DNA of 45,239 nt from an uncultured Candidatus Saccharibacteria bacterium (GTDB lineage: Bacteria; Patescibacteriota; Dojkabacteria; SC72), in assembly GCA_964610125.1 (NCBI GenBank), contig CAZSUV010000004.1:5028-50266 (forward strand), given 5' to 3'. The notes beneath the pieces were generated by a model. It ran no database searches. It saw only the letters and a program-made list of their open reading frames with translations, and was not told the origin of the DNA. Every line of letters starts with the position of its first letter. Positions within the stretch are counted from its first letter, which is position 1. Shown here in pieces: positions 1 to 9,704 of the stretch. Made by a program: the position numbers and the translations under genes.

Positions 1-117
1 ACGTCCTAGAATACATATCCACAACTCAAGAAAAATATATATAATGGTCTAAAGTCCCAATCGGCCAGAACACTGCCTCCAAACTGCCTTAAGATTATAT
101 ATTACCTGTCTACCAGT

Positions 118-1575
118 ATGGACAAAGCAGAATTTAACGTACAAGAATTACCAAAACCAGATATTACTGTTAATTCTACTTTTTCTCAAACACTAGATCC
201 CGATGCACTATGGAGATCTGCTAAAGAAAACCTCAAACTAATGATTGGGGTAGAGGAATTTAAAAATACTTTTGGTGGATGCTACATCGAAAGCATCTCA
301 AATGGTGTTGCTCAAATCTCATGTGATGTTCCATACAAAAGAGAGAAAATGCTTCGAGATTACAGACTTGCACTACAAGATGCTTTAAGAAAATCATGTG
401 GGCTTAATTTAGAGGTCGAAATTAATCTAAGAGAAACCCAAACTGTGAAAGAGAAATACAAGTACGAGTACCATGATCCCAAGACTAATCAGTCAGTAGA
501 CCTTTTTTCTTCTGCAGAAAACGAAAAGATTCAGAAAGAAGATACTTTGAAGAAAGCTCAGCTTAATCCTAGGTATCTTTTCTCTAATTTCATTGTTGGA
601 GCAAATAACCGATTGGCTGAAGCTGTAGCTCAAGCAGTTGTTGAAAGTTTAGGCGAGGCTTACAATCCTGTTTTTTTCCATGGTAATACTGGGGTAGGGA
701 AGACACACTTAATGCAAGCTATTGGCAATGAAGTTATTAACAAATTCCCCGACAAAAAGGTTGTATATATCTCCATCGAACAATTCCTTAATGAAATGGT
801 TGAGTCTATTAGAACGAAGAGAAATGAGGATTTTAGAAACAAGTATAGGGCCGTAGACTTACTCATAATCGACGATGTTCAGTTTGTAGAAACATATCCT
901 AGAACACAAGAGGAACTCTTCCATACATTTAATACCCTATATCAAGCAAATAAGCAGATTGTCTTAGCATCAGACAGACCACCCAAGGAAATTAAAAATA
1001 TTACTGATAGATTAAGATCTAGATTTGAAGGGGGTATGGTTGCAGATATTCAAGCACCAGACTATGAGACCAGGTTAGCTATTCTTCAACAATTAATGAT
1101 AGACAAAGGCTCTACCGTTGAAGTTCCTAGAGAATACTTGGATTTAATTGCTAAGAATGTAGAAAATAACATTAGAGAATTAGAAGGTGCTTTAACCAAG
1201 GTGCTTTCTTTGTTTAAACTTGGAATGAATCCTACATATGAGGATATTGGCAGACTTTTACAAATAGATCTAGAAAGTAAACGAAAAAAAATATCCCCAG
1301 CAAAGGTAATGAAGAGTGTGTCTGAAATATTTGATGTTAAACTAGCGGACATAAAAGGTGATAGGAGAACTGCATACGTAGCACAGTGTAGGCAGATAGT
1401 TATGTATATATTAAGAACGGAATTATCAATGCCACTGGAACAAGTTGCCAAAGAAGTTAATCGAAAAGATCACACAACCGTATTACATGCATGTGAGAAG
1501 ATAAAAGCGTTGAAGGAAAAGGATTCTCGCTTCAACGAAAAGCTCCAAAGCTGTTACAAACTCATAAGAGAGTAG
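118..1575 (+). CDS. dnaA: Chromosomal replication initiator DnaA
   Basis: AAA+ Walker A GNTGVGKTH, LLIIDDVQF, QEELFHTFN, RLRSRF and C-terminal DHTTVLHAC; followed by DnaA boxes and dnaN. Confidence 0.98.
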   Translation: MDKAEFNVQELPKPDITVNSTFSQTLDPDALWRSAKENLKLMIGVEEFKNTFGGCYIESISNGVAQISCDVPYKREKMLRDYRLALQDALRKSCGLNLEVEINLRETQTVKEKYKYEYHDPKTNQSVDLFSSAENEKIQKEDTLKKAQLNPRYLFSNFIVGANNRLAEAVAQAVVESLGEAYNPVFFHGNTGVGKTHLMQAIGNEVINKFPDKKVVYISIEQFLNEMVESIRTKRNEDFRNKYRAVDLLIIDDVQFVETYPRTQEELFHTFNTLYQANKQIVLASDRPPKEIKNITDRLRSRFEGGMVADIQAPDYETRLAILQQLMIDKGSTVEVPREYLDLIAKNVENNIRELEGALTKVLSLFKLGMNPTYEDIGRLLQIDLESKRKKISPAKVMKSVSEIFDVKLADIKGDRRTAYVAQCRQIVMYILRTELSMPLEQVAKEVNRKDHTTVLHACEKIKALKEKDSRFNEKLQSCYKLIRE

Positions 1576-1935
1576 GTGGATAACCTTGTGGATAGTGTAT
1601 GTATATCTCTGGATAACACCATATCTTCTCCACAGTAAAGAAACGTTGGAATATCGTTGAGCTCTTTCTAGGTATTGATTTCTGTTTTTATAATTAACCA
1701 CACATACCCATACTTACTCCATGGTTATTCAGAAAATTACCCACATTGAAAAAGATTGTTTTTAAAGACTCTTTTTATAATTTCTTTGCAAATACAACAT
1801 TTAAATTTCGCCATAGTATCCACATACAAAGAATCTAAAGAAAATAGAGTATAGAAAAGGTTTTAAATGGAAGTAGGGTAGTTATCAACATATCCATACT
1901 CACTACTACATCTATTACTAAATATATATTAAAAA
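1575..1935. promoter_or_regulatory. Replication origin oriC (DnaA boxes, DnaA-trios, AT-rich DUE)
   Basis: DnaA-box-like 9-mers at 1575-1583, 1587-1595, 1608-1616, 1626-1634, 1737-1745, 1816-1824, 1882-1890 and 1890-1898. CTA-type trios at 1903-1920 and an AT tract at 1921-1935. Lies between dnaA and dnaN. Confidence 0.88.
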
Positions 1936-2035
1936 AGAATACAGTAAAGGACACACAAGAATTTTTATCACTCTCAAAAGATGGTACAATAGATTAGTAA
2001 ACTGCCTAACTATATAAAATTTACATTTAAGTAAT

Positions 2036-3157
2036 ATGCAGTTCTCATGCAATCAAGATACATTCTCTAAATACTTAAACATAATAAGTAGAGTAGTAAA
2101 CAACAGACCAGGATTACCAATCCTTAACAATGTTCTTTTTAAAACTGTTAAAGGTAAGGTAATATTAAAGGTTACAGATCTTGAATTAAGCATTAGTACT
2201 TGGATAGGAGCAGATGTAAAAGTAGAAGGTAAGATTACAGCACCTGCGAAGCAGTTATCAGAATTCATCAATTCGATTCCTGAAGAGAAAGTTGATGTTG
2301 AACTAGACAAACAAAGCTTCAATATATCTACAGAAAACAACTCCGCAAGCTTCAATACAATGCCAGCGGATGACTTTCCTGCAATTCCTATGATTGAAGA
2401 AGGGCAGAAACCTGTTGTTAGGATTAATAAGGCTGATTTTGTTACAGCTATCAATAGGGTTGCATTTGCAGCTGCAAAAGATGATATTAAACCTGTTTTA
2501 ACAGGAGTTAAAGTTGAAATAGTTGATGATACACTTTCATTTGTATGTACAGATGGTTTGAGACTTTCTAGACAGATGGTTAAGATAGCAAAAGCAACGG
2601 AAGACAAGAGTATGTTGGTACCTGTAAGAGCTTTAGAAGAGTTAGCACATATAGCAACAGAATTAGATAGTGAGGATGAATTTATTGAATTTTATGTATT
2701 AAATGACAGAAACCAGATTCTCTTCAGATTTGGAGAAGTTGATTTAGTGTCCAGGTTAATCGATGGGGAATTCCCTGAATACAAGCAGATTATACCTACT
2801 GGATATAAGACTAAGAGTGAGATTTCTAAGAGTGAGTTGTTAAATTCCCTAAAAGTCATCAATATCATTGCTAGATCAGTATTGGGAAACAAGATGATTT
2901 TAGATATATACAAAGAAGGAAAGATTTCCCTTTCTGCAACTCAATCCGATTTAGGTAAAAATCAGAGTAATCTAGCATGTAAAGTAGAAGGAGATGATAT
3001 TAAAATAGCATTTAGTGCCAAACTCCTTTCTGATGTATTAAATCATCTAGATTCCGAGAATATTACCTTTGAATGCTCTGAACCTGTAAGACCAGGCGTA
3101 TTCAAAATCAAAGGTGATGAGAACTTCGTGCACTTAGTTATGCCTATGATGCTCTAG
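2036..3157 (+). CDS. dnaN: DNA polymerase III beta sliding clamp
   Basis: 373 aa with TDLE, TDGLRL, SRLIDGEFPEY and C-terminal LVMPM motifs; downstream of dnaA. Confidence 0.97.
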   Translation: MQFSCNQDTFSKYLNIISRVVNNRPGLPILNNVLFKTVKGKVILKVTDLELSISTWIGADVKVEGKITAPAKQLSEFINSIPEEKVDVELDKQSFNISTENNSASFNTMPADDFPAIPMIEEGQKPVVRINKADFVTAINRVAFAAAKDDIKPVLTGVKVEIVDDTLSFVCTDGLRLSRQMVKIAKATEDKSMLVPVRALEELAHIATELDSEDEFIEFYVLNDRNQILFRFGEVDLVSRLIDGEFPEYKQIIPTGYKTKSEISKSELLNSLKVINIIARSVLGNKMILDIYKEGKISLSATQSDLGKNQSNLACKVEGDDIKIAFSAKLLSDVLNHLDSENITFECSEPVRPGVFKIKGDENFVHLVMPMML

Positions 3158-3821
3158 ATTTCTTTTCATGTATCTTGTAACCAACACCATGAATTGTATT
3201 GATAATACCCTTGTCGTCTAGTTTCTCTCTTAGCCTTTTAATATGTACATCAATGGTATTAGAGCCAACATATTCTCTGTAATCCCATACATGATCGAGT
3301 AGTTCACATCTTGAAATAGCACGGTCTTTGTTACGAGCTAAATACTCAAAAAGTGAATATTCCTTCTTCCTTAAGTTAATATCCTTCTCATTCTTTGTAA
3401 CTACTCGATTATTAGTATCTAAAACATAATCACCAACATACAAATTCTCGTCGACATAACGCTTAGGCCTACGAATAAGGGACTGAATTCTCGCAAGCAG
3501 TTCTTGAACTGGAAAAGGATATGTAAGTACATCATCACCACCATGGTTTAGGAATTCTACCTTTTCTACCCAACTCCCTTTATTGCAAACCCCGAGAACT
3601 TTTGTATCTTTGTCTGTGGTTTTAATATAATTCAGTATTTCAGAGGTTAATTCTTGCCCAAGATTAGTATTTAATATTATGAAATCAAAAACCTTTTTAG
3701 GAATAAATGACCTGCTTTGAAAATTTTCATCATCTAATGTCGTCCCGTATCCATATGCATCCAATGCTTTTTTAAGCAATTGAGAAAGAGTAGGGGAATT
3801 CTCTATAATTAATATATTCAT
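3144..3821 (-). CDS. OmpR/PhoB-family response regulator with atypical receiver
   Basis: Receiver plus winged helix (SNTIDVHIKRLREKL, TIHGVGYK); the phospho-acceptor Asp position reads N. Confidence 0.9.
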   Translation of the reverse strand: MNILIIENSPTLSQLLKKALDAYGYGTTLDDENFQSRSFIPKKVFDFIILNTNLGQELTSEILNYIKTTDKDTKVLGVCNKGSWVEKVEFLNHGGDDVLTYPFPVQELLARIQSLIRRPKRYVDENLYVGDYVLDTNNRVVTKNEKDINLRKKEYSLFEYLARNKDRAISRCELLDHVWDYREYVGSNTIDVHIKRLREKLDDKGIINTIHGVGYKIHEKKSRAS

Positions 3822-3895
3822 ATGCAGATAATTAGAAATTATTTGGACTATGATATAAATATATTTTCTAATCTAAAAAGCCTAGAGAAAACCCA

Positions 3896-4267
3896 ATGAT
3901 TAAATTTCTTAGTACGACAATAGGGGTGTTAATTGCAACTGTAGGATTTCTGTACTATTTAATTCAGAATTCCAACTTCATACCCACAGATCTCAATGGC
4001 GAGATGTTAACTACGAATGTAGTAGTACTGTTTTTCTTACTATTCATAGTATTGGTTTGTATCAGTATGTTAATAATCTTTGGAATAAGGAGGATATTCT
4101 TTAAGCAAATCGAAGTTGAAAAGAATATTCGATTATCAATCAAATATGGACTATTACTGAGTTTGGGCATTTTGATTGTTTATCTCCTACATTTCTTCCA
4201 TATTCTTAACTTCATATGGGGAATGGCTATACTAATAGTTGTTATCTTAAGCCTCTTTGTTATATGA
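3896..4267 (+). CDS. Hypothetical 4-TM membrane protein
   Basis: 123-aa ORF with four hydrophobic segments. Confidence 0.75.
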   Translation: MIKFLSTTIGVLIATVGFLYYLIQNSNFIPTDLNGEMLTTNVVVLFFLLFIVLVCISMLIIFGIRRIFFKQIEVEKNIRLSIKYGLLLSLGILIVYLLHFFHILNFIWGMAILIVVILSLFVI

Positions 4268-4274
4268 TATCCAT

Positions 4275-4946
4275 ATGAACAAAGAACTTAACGACCTCGT
4301 AAAAATTATATCCGGAGAGATGGCTTTAGAAAAAAAAGAAAAAGCTTTAGAAAAAGCTAAGAAGCTAGCTGTTGAGGATGAGAAGAATGAAAGAAGAAGG
4401 AAAGTAGTAAAAGGGGAGGCTGTATTAGAAAAAGATCCATTGGTTGAAGAAGAGAAGAAGGTTGTACAGAATATCAAGCTTTTTGAATGGGAAGCTCCTG
4501 ATAGGTATGAGATATCATACAATACTAAGTATTTCATGATTATTGTTGCCTTGAGTTTGGTTTTGATTCTCTTGCTTGCCATATTAGGTCATTACTTCTT
4601 AATGGGTGCAATCATAGCTTTGCTCTTCCTAATCTATGTATTAGGTACTACTAAACCTCAGAAGGTTACACATCAGATTACGGCAAGGGGTATAGATACA
4701 GGGAACAAACTCTACGAATGGTACATAATGAAGAACTTCTACTTTACTAAAAAACAAAACCAATTATTCTTAATAGTTGATACTAAATTGAATCTTCCTG
4801 GAGCATTGTTATTCTTACTTAGTGAGAAGGATAAGGATGCAATATTTGTATTGTTACAAGAAAAACTTCTTTACAAGGATATTAGGAAACAGGGTTGGCT
4901 AGAGAAGTTAAACTTTGGTGAATATATTCCTCTAGAGAAGGTCTAA
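4275..4946 (+). CDS. Hypothetical membrane protein (charged N-terminus, 2 TM, PH-like C-terminus)
   Basis: The ORF track starts at 4257. The in-frame ATG at 4275 lies 6 nt after TATGAT and avoids overlap with the upstream gene. Confidence 0.75.
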   Translation: MNKELNDLVKIISGEMALEKKEKALEKAKKLAVEDEKNERRRKVVKGEAVLEKDPLVEEEKKVVQNIKLFEWEAPDRYEISYNTKYFMIIVALSLVLILLLAILGHYFLMGAIIALLFLIYVLGTTKPQKVTHQITARGIDTGNKLYEWYIMKNFYFTKKQNQLFLIVDTKLNLPGALLFLLSEKDKDAIFVLLQEKLLYKDIRKQGWLEKLNFGEYIPLEKV

Positions 4947-4954
4947 GATCTTAA

Positions 4955-5041
4955 GGAGAGATGCCTGAGTGGTTGAAAGGAATGCTTTCGAAAAGCATCA
5001 TATGGGTAACCATATCGGGGGTTCGAATCCCTCTCTCTCCG
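4955..5041 (+). tRNA. tRNA-Ser(CGA)
   Basis: GGAGAGA/TCTCTCC acceptor stem, ATGCT-TT CGA AA-AGCAT anticodon arm, long variable arm, GTTCGAATCC T-arm, discriminator G; CCA not encoded. Confidence 0.95.
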
Positions 5042-5137
5042 TTTGTATATTAATCCCCACAGTATTGTTTCGATAGCTTAGAGCCCTTCTCAGAGCATTC
5101 AACACTTATATCTATGTCTTCTATAATAACCAATGTA

Positions 5138-5168
5138 CTTTCCACAGATCTATCATAGGTGTGGATAA
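5138..5168. promoter_or_regulatory. Pair of DnaA boxes outside oriC
   Basis: CTTTCCACA at 5138-5146 and a perfect TGTGGATAA at 5160-5168. Confidence 0.45.
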
Positions 5169-5316
5169 CCTCCTGCAATACGACATTTATGTGACTATAA
5201 CAATACTTTTTAGATATGTGATTACTATATAATTACGATTATCATTCTATAGGAATATTCAATTATAAACACAGAAATGATATGATAATCCCGTTAAACT
5301 AACCAATCTATGAAAT

Positions 5317-5562
5317 ATGTATAACTTAGAACTCTTACTACGCTTCCTATTCATTCCAACAATCCTATTTGGAATATTATTAGCCTTTGCATTCCTCGCA
5401 TTCATAATCTGGATGCTAATAGACTGCATAAAAAGAGACGAAAAAGATTTTAAAGATAGAACCCTTTGGATAATCCTTCTACTAATAGGCATCTTCTGTG
5501 GATATAGTGGCATTCTTTCAATTGTTTACTACTTCGCAGTTAAGAAAAAATTAGATAAGTAG
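5317..5562 (+). CDS. Small membrane protein (PLDc N-terminal-like)
   Basis: WMLIDCIKR...RTLWIILL...IVYYF pattern, 2-3 TM. Confidence 0.75.
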   Translation: MYNLELLLRFLFIPTILFGILLAFAFLAFIIWMLIDCIKRDEKDFKDRTLWIILLLIGIFCGYSGILSIVYYFAVKKKLDK

Positions 5563-5594
5563 TAAAAACTTTCTTTGTTTTGTATTATATATCC

Positions 5595-6083
5595 ATGAAA
5601 GGATTGCCAACTGCCAACCAAGTCCAAAAGACCATTAAGAGAAATTTGCTCTTAGATGGATTGGTCATCTTTTCAATATTTCTTGTAGTTGGCGGATTTG
5701 CATACATGATATTGAATCCAGGAAAGATGAAATCGGATGTAAGAAATTCGGAAAGAAACACAGCAATCTTAACCATTATGGAGGATATGAAAGCCTATGT
5801 AAGCGCTACAAAAAATATCCCCAGTATGATTCCATTAAACAGAACATGTGCAAGTATCGGGAATGAAATATGTAAAACAGGAACATCGGATTGTAAGGGA
5901 TACGTAAATCTAACAAGCGCTTTGGAATATACTAAGGACAAGATCTTACCAATTGATGAATTCAGAACAAAGGGAAATGGAACAGGATATTACATATCTC
6001 ATGATGGGGAAGGAAGTATATTGATATGTTCTCCATTAGCAGAAAGAAATGTAAAGATTGAGCTTAAACAGTTTATGTATTAA
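5595..6083 (+). CDS. Type IV pilin/pseudopilin-like protein
   Basis: Basic leader, hydrophobic helix ending ILNP, RNSER...AY helix and Cys-containing globular domain. The class III cleavage motif is degenerate. ATG 5595 chosen as start. Confidence 0.6.
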   Translation: MKGLPTANQVQKTIKRNLLLDGLVIFSIFLVVGGFAYMILNPGKMKSDVRNSERNTAILTIMEDMKAYVSATKNIPSMIPLNRTCASIGNEICKTGTSDCKGYVNLTSALEYTKDKILPIDEFRTKGNGTGYYISHDGEGSILICSPLAERNVKIELKQFMY

Positions 6084-6100
6084 TTTTTAAATAAGAAACT

Positions 6101-7057
6101 ATGAAAAACAGATTGCCCCGTGAACATGTCGATATACAGTTTCTTTCCCTGTGTGTTTCTTTACTTGCCTTCCTAGGCTTAGCATATTGGGCTGGAGATA
6201 TTGTTTGGATTAAGGACTTTCAGCCATTCATAACCTTGATTTCAGGAATATTTGCACTGTTTATTGGTGTCTTAGCGTTGCTTCGTTACTACACTAAGAA
6301 GATGTCTTTGAATTATCTTTTCATAGGTATTGGATTTTTAGGAGTAGGGCTTTTGGATATTTTCCAAGTGGTTTTAGATCTTGGAGGAATGAGTAATCTC
6401 TTCTCTGGTGCTGTCTCCCAGGTATATCCTGTTACCTCTGTACTTTCAAAAACGTTTCTAGCAGTCATAATGTTTGTAAGTTGGTTAGTTAGTAGGAAGG
6501 ATGAGGCAAATGGAAAAGGGAAAAAGAAGAAGGAAGCATTTTTAATGAGTCTAGTAATCGGAAGCTTCATTCTCTTCATTGGAGTTTTTGTTTACCTCAT
6601 GATAGCGGGAATCCTCGTAGATGGAATGGCCGTAATTATTGTGGGTCTCATATCCCTCATGTTCTTAATTCTTGCTTTGCTAGGATATTTACTAAGCAAA
6701 AATTGGTTGTATGATGATTTTAACTACTGGATTATATTCCTCATTTCCTTCTTGATTCTCTCTCAAATCTTCTACCTTCCATTCTTCAATTTGGAATATT
6801 CAAATATGATGAACCTATCTATATGGGCAAGATTCTTCGCATATATTGGGCTGCTCATAGGGTTTTTAAACAGTATCTATGTTATGTTCCAGAAAGAAAT
6901 AGAAACACAAAAAGAATTAGCAAAGAAGAATCGAGAGCTTGATCAGACGAAGGCAAAAGTAGAAGAAGCGTACTTGATGCTTCGAGAGGAGAAATGGAGC
7001 TTAGCGAGGTCCAAGGGGAGCGTAGACAAGATATTAAAAGATGTAATGAAGAAATAA
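6101..7057 (+). CDS. Polytopic membrane protein resembling a MASE-type sensor domain with C-terminal coiled coil
   Basis: About 8 TM segments, YLFIGIGFLGVGLLD and a C-terminal ELAKKNRELDQTKAK coiled coil; no kinase domain. Confidence 0.65.
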   Translation: MKNRLPREHVDIQFLSLCVSLLAFLGLAYWAGDIVWIKDFQPFITLISGIFALFIGVLALLRYYTKKMSLNYLFIGIGFLGVGLLDIFQVVLDLGGMSNLFSGAVSQVYPVTSVLSKTFLAVIMFVSWLVSRKDEANGKGKKKKEAFLMSLVIGSFILFIGVFVYLMIAGILVDGMAVIIVGLISLMFLILALLGYLLSKNWLYDDFNYWIIFLISFLILSQIFYLPFFNLEYSNMMNLSIWARFFAYIGLLIGFLNSIYVMFQKEIETQKELAKKNRELDQTKAKVEEAYLMLREEKWSLARSKGSVDKILKDVMKK

Positions 7058-7058
7058 T

Positions 7059-7790
7059 ATGGGAATAATAGATCCAAGATTAAAAAGATACCAAAAAAAG
7101 TATGACTATTCATATTCCTTTGGTACATATCCAACCATAGATTTAATTAATCATCAAAGGGAGAACCTCATCAAGGTATTGGTTAAATCCAAGCATGATG
7201 AAAGCGAAGGGGTAAATGATGTTCTAGATTTGTGTGAGGAGTTGAGAATTCCAGTAGAGATTGCAGACAGGGCTATAGACAAGATTGCAACGAAGGAGAA
7301 TACATATGTGTTGGGTATTTTCAAAAAGTATGATTCTGTACTAGATTCAAAAGAGAATCATTTGGTATTGGTAGAGCCTAGGAATATGGGGAATCTAGGG
7401 ACAATAATTAGAACTATGCTTGGTTTCGATGTTACTAATTTAGCCATAATTCGTCCTGCCACCGATATCTTTGACCCAATGGTTGTGCGTTCTACAATGG
7501 GTGCTATATTCCAAATAGATTTTGAATATTTTGATAGTATTCAGGAATATATGGCTAAGTACAGTAAAAGGAATATATATACCTTTATGCTTGATGGGGC
7601 AAAAGATATCCGTGAGGTTAAGTTTGAAGAGCCATTTAGTATGATTCAGGGGAATGAAAGTAAGGGGCTGCCCAAAGAATTCGCAGAATTGGGACAGAGC
7701 ATATACATACCTAATTCGGACAAGGTTGACTCGTTAAATCTTTCTGTTGCTACTGCAATTGGGTTATGGGAGGCTAGAAGAGGAAAATAA
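7059..7790 (+). CDS. TrmH/SpoU-family RNA 2'-O-methyltransferase
   Basis: NMGNLGTIIRT, GNESKGL and IP...DSLNLSVA SPOUT motifs. Confidence 0.93.
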   Translation: MGIIDPRLKRYQKKYDYSYSFGTYPTIDLINHQRENLIKVLVKSKHDESEGVNDVLDLCEELRIPVEIADRAIDKIATKENTYVLGIFKKYDSVLDSKENHLVLVEPRNMGNLGTIIRTMLGFDVTNLAIIRPATDIFDPMVVRSTMGAIFQIDFEYFDSIQEYMAKYSKRNIYTFMLDGAKDIREVKFEEPFSMIQGNESKGLPKEFAELGQSIYIPNSDKVDSLNLSVATAIGLWEARRGK

Positions 7791-7816
7791 TCATTTAGAG
7801 AGGTATAATACAAGGA

Positions 7817-9175
7817 ATGTATAAAATAGATCTTTCTTCTATGAAAATATTTCTCATAATCACGTCTTGCATTGTAGTTCTCCTTACTGCTGTATATTTC
7901 AAATTAACATATAAAGAACCTATGGATGTAAAACCAACGGAGAGAACATTTGGAGAAAATTTTCTTTTTGGTGCTTCCACAGCCTCTTACCAAATAGAAG
8001 GTGGAAATGTGAATAACTGGTCAAAGTGGGAAAAAGAAACCGCAGAAGAAAGGGCAAAGCAGAATACTTTCTGGTATGATCCCCCAGTTCATTTAAAAGA
8101 AATGGCAGAAGATCCACAATACAGAATATCGGGGATGGCAGATGATAGTTTCAACAAATATCCTGAGGATATAGCAATTCTTAAAGAACTTGGTCTAAAC
8201 AGCTATCGCTTCTCTGTTGAATGGTCAAGAATATTTCCAGAAAAAGGAGTTGTAAGTGAAGAAGGATTAGCATATTACAAGGCTCTAATTTTGGAACTTA
8301 AGGCAAACGACATTGAACCTTTACTGACATGTTGGCATTGGACCCTTCCTTTATGGGTGGATGAAGAGGGTGGGTTAATGGCTCCCAACATTGAAGAGTA
8401 TTTCAAAGAATATTTTGAGGTATTAGCAGAAAATTTTGGTGAGGATGTTAAATATTGGATTCCTCTTAACGAACCCGATGTTATTACTTCTCAATCATAT
8501 TTAATGGGCGTTTGGCCTCCCCAGGAAAAGAATGTTCTGAGGTATTTGAATTTGTATTTTAATCGCATGGTAAATATTCATAATATTGGGTATGAGGTCA
8601 TAAAGGAGCATAATCCTAATGCTGTTGTTGGTGTGGCTAAACAGAATGCATATATTGAAGCCTACAACCATAATCCTGTGAATATTGGTATTGCTAAGTT
8701 AGTTAACTATTTTTCTAATGAGTTATATCTTAACAAGATTAAAGATCATTTGGATTTCATAGGGCTAAATTTTTACTTCCACCAGAAGGTTGGTATTTTA
8801 GGTATCAAGAATGACAATGATAAATTATCAGATACTGGTTGGTGGATGAGGCCAGATTCTTTGTACAATGCTTTAATGGAATTGAAGAAATACAATCTAC
8901 CAATCATAGTGACAGAGAATGGGGTTGCTGATTCAAAGGATCAATACAGGGAGTGGTGGTTAGATGAGAGTTTCAAGGCTATGAGGAAGGCTCTAAACGA
9001 TGGTGTAGATCTAAGAGGATATATGTATTGGTCTTTGTTAGATAACTTTGAATGGGATGCTGGATATTGGCCACAGTTTGGGTTAGCGTCTGTAGACAGG
9101 CAAACTTTTACAAGAAGAATACGTGAGAGTGCATATCACTATAGAGATCTCATAAACCAATCGGGAGGAAAATAA
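7817..9175 (+). CDS. Glycoside hydrolase family 1 (beta-glucosidase-like) with N-terminal membrane anchor
   Basis: FLFGASTASYQIEG, YRFSVEWSRIFP, NEP acid/base, ITENG-type nucleophile (VTENG), WSLLDNFEW. Confidence 0.95.
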   Translation: MYKIDLSSMKIFLIITSCIVVLLTAVYFKLTYKEPMDVKPTERTFGENFLFGASTASYQIEGGNVNNWSKWEKETAEERAKQNTFWYDPPVHLKEMAEDPQYRISGMADDSFNKYPEDIAILKELGLNSYRFSVEWSRIFPEKGVVSEEGLAYYKALILELKANDIEPLLTCWHWTLPLWVDEEGGLMAPNIEEYFKEYFEVLAENFGEDVKYWIPLNEPDVITSQSYLMGVWPPQEKNVLRYLNLYFNRMVNIHNIGYEVIKEHNPNAVVGVAKQNAYIEAYNHNPVNIGIAKLVNYFSNELYLNKIKDHLDFIGLNFYFHQKVGILGIKNDNDKLSDTGWWMRPDSLYNALMELKKYNLPIIVTENGVADSKDQYREWWLDESFKAMRKALNDGVDLRGYMYWSLLDNFEWDAGYWPQFGLASVDRQTFTRRIRESAYHYRDLINQSGGK

Positions 9176-9236
9176 TCCCTAAAAATGGTATAATATGCAT
9201 AGGAATAGAGATATTCCTAGCTCTTTTTCAATATAT

Positions 9237-9647
9237 GGGGACGTAAGGCTTTCGACAGGAGTCTGCGTTTAGTTGTCACAAACCGAGGGTTGTCTCGTTA
9301 ATCAACGCACAATGATAAGTGTAAAAAACAAAATCGTCGCTTTTGCAGAGAATATTAAAGCAAGCTTGGCTATGCCAGCTTTCAACTTTAACTTTGCTTA
9401 AAGTCTAGCCAATTAAGTTTGACTAGTGTCTTTATCCTTATTCTTAGTTAGGGGTAAAAGATAGTCGTTACTAAGATATATTATTACTATTTTGTCAGTA
9501 GAGTAGTATGTACGAATTTAATTACTGAGTAGATATATCTTTTTGCTAATCCTTTTAGATATGTCTAGCTATACAGGATTAGATATGTTTGTACATGATG
9601 CTAAGCAAAACTTTTGGACGTGGATTCAATTTCCACCGTCTCCACCA
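9237..9647 (+). ncRNA. ssrA: tmRNA
   Basis: 5' GGGGACG...TTCGAC and 3' T-arm GTGGATTCAATTTCCAC-CGTCTCC-ACCA with a G3:U pair. ATAAGT precedes a tag frame at 9321-9401. smpB is in the same window. Confidence 0.93.
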
Positions 9648-9704
9648 TAATTGAAAAATCTCAAAATACGTTCATATACTAATTAAGTAAGAAAATCTTA
9701 TTTT

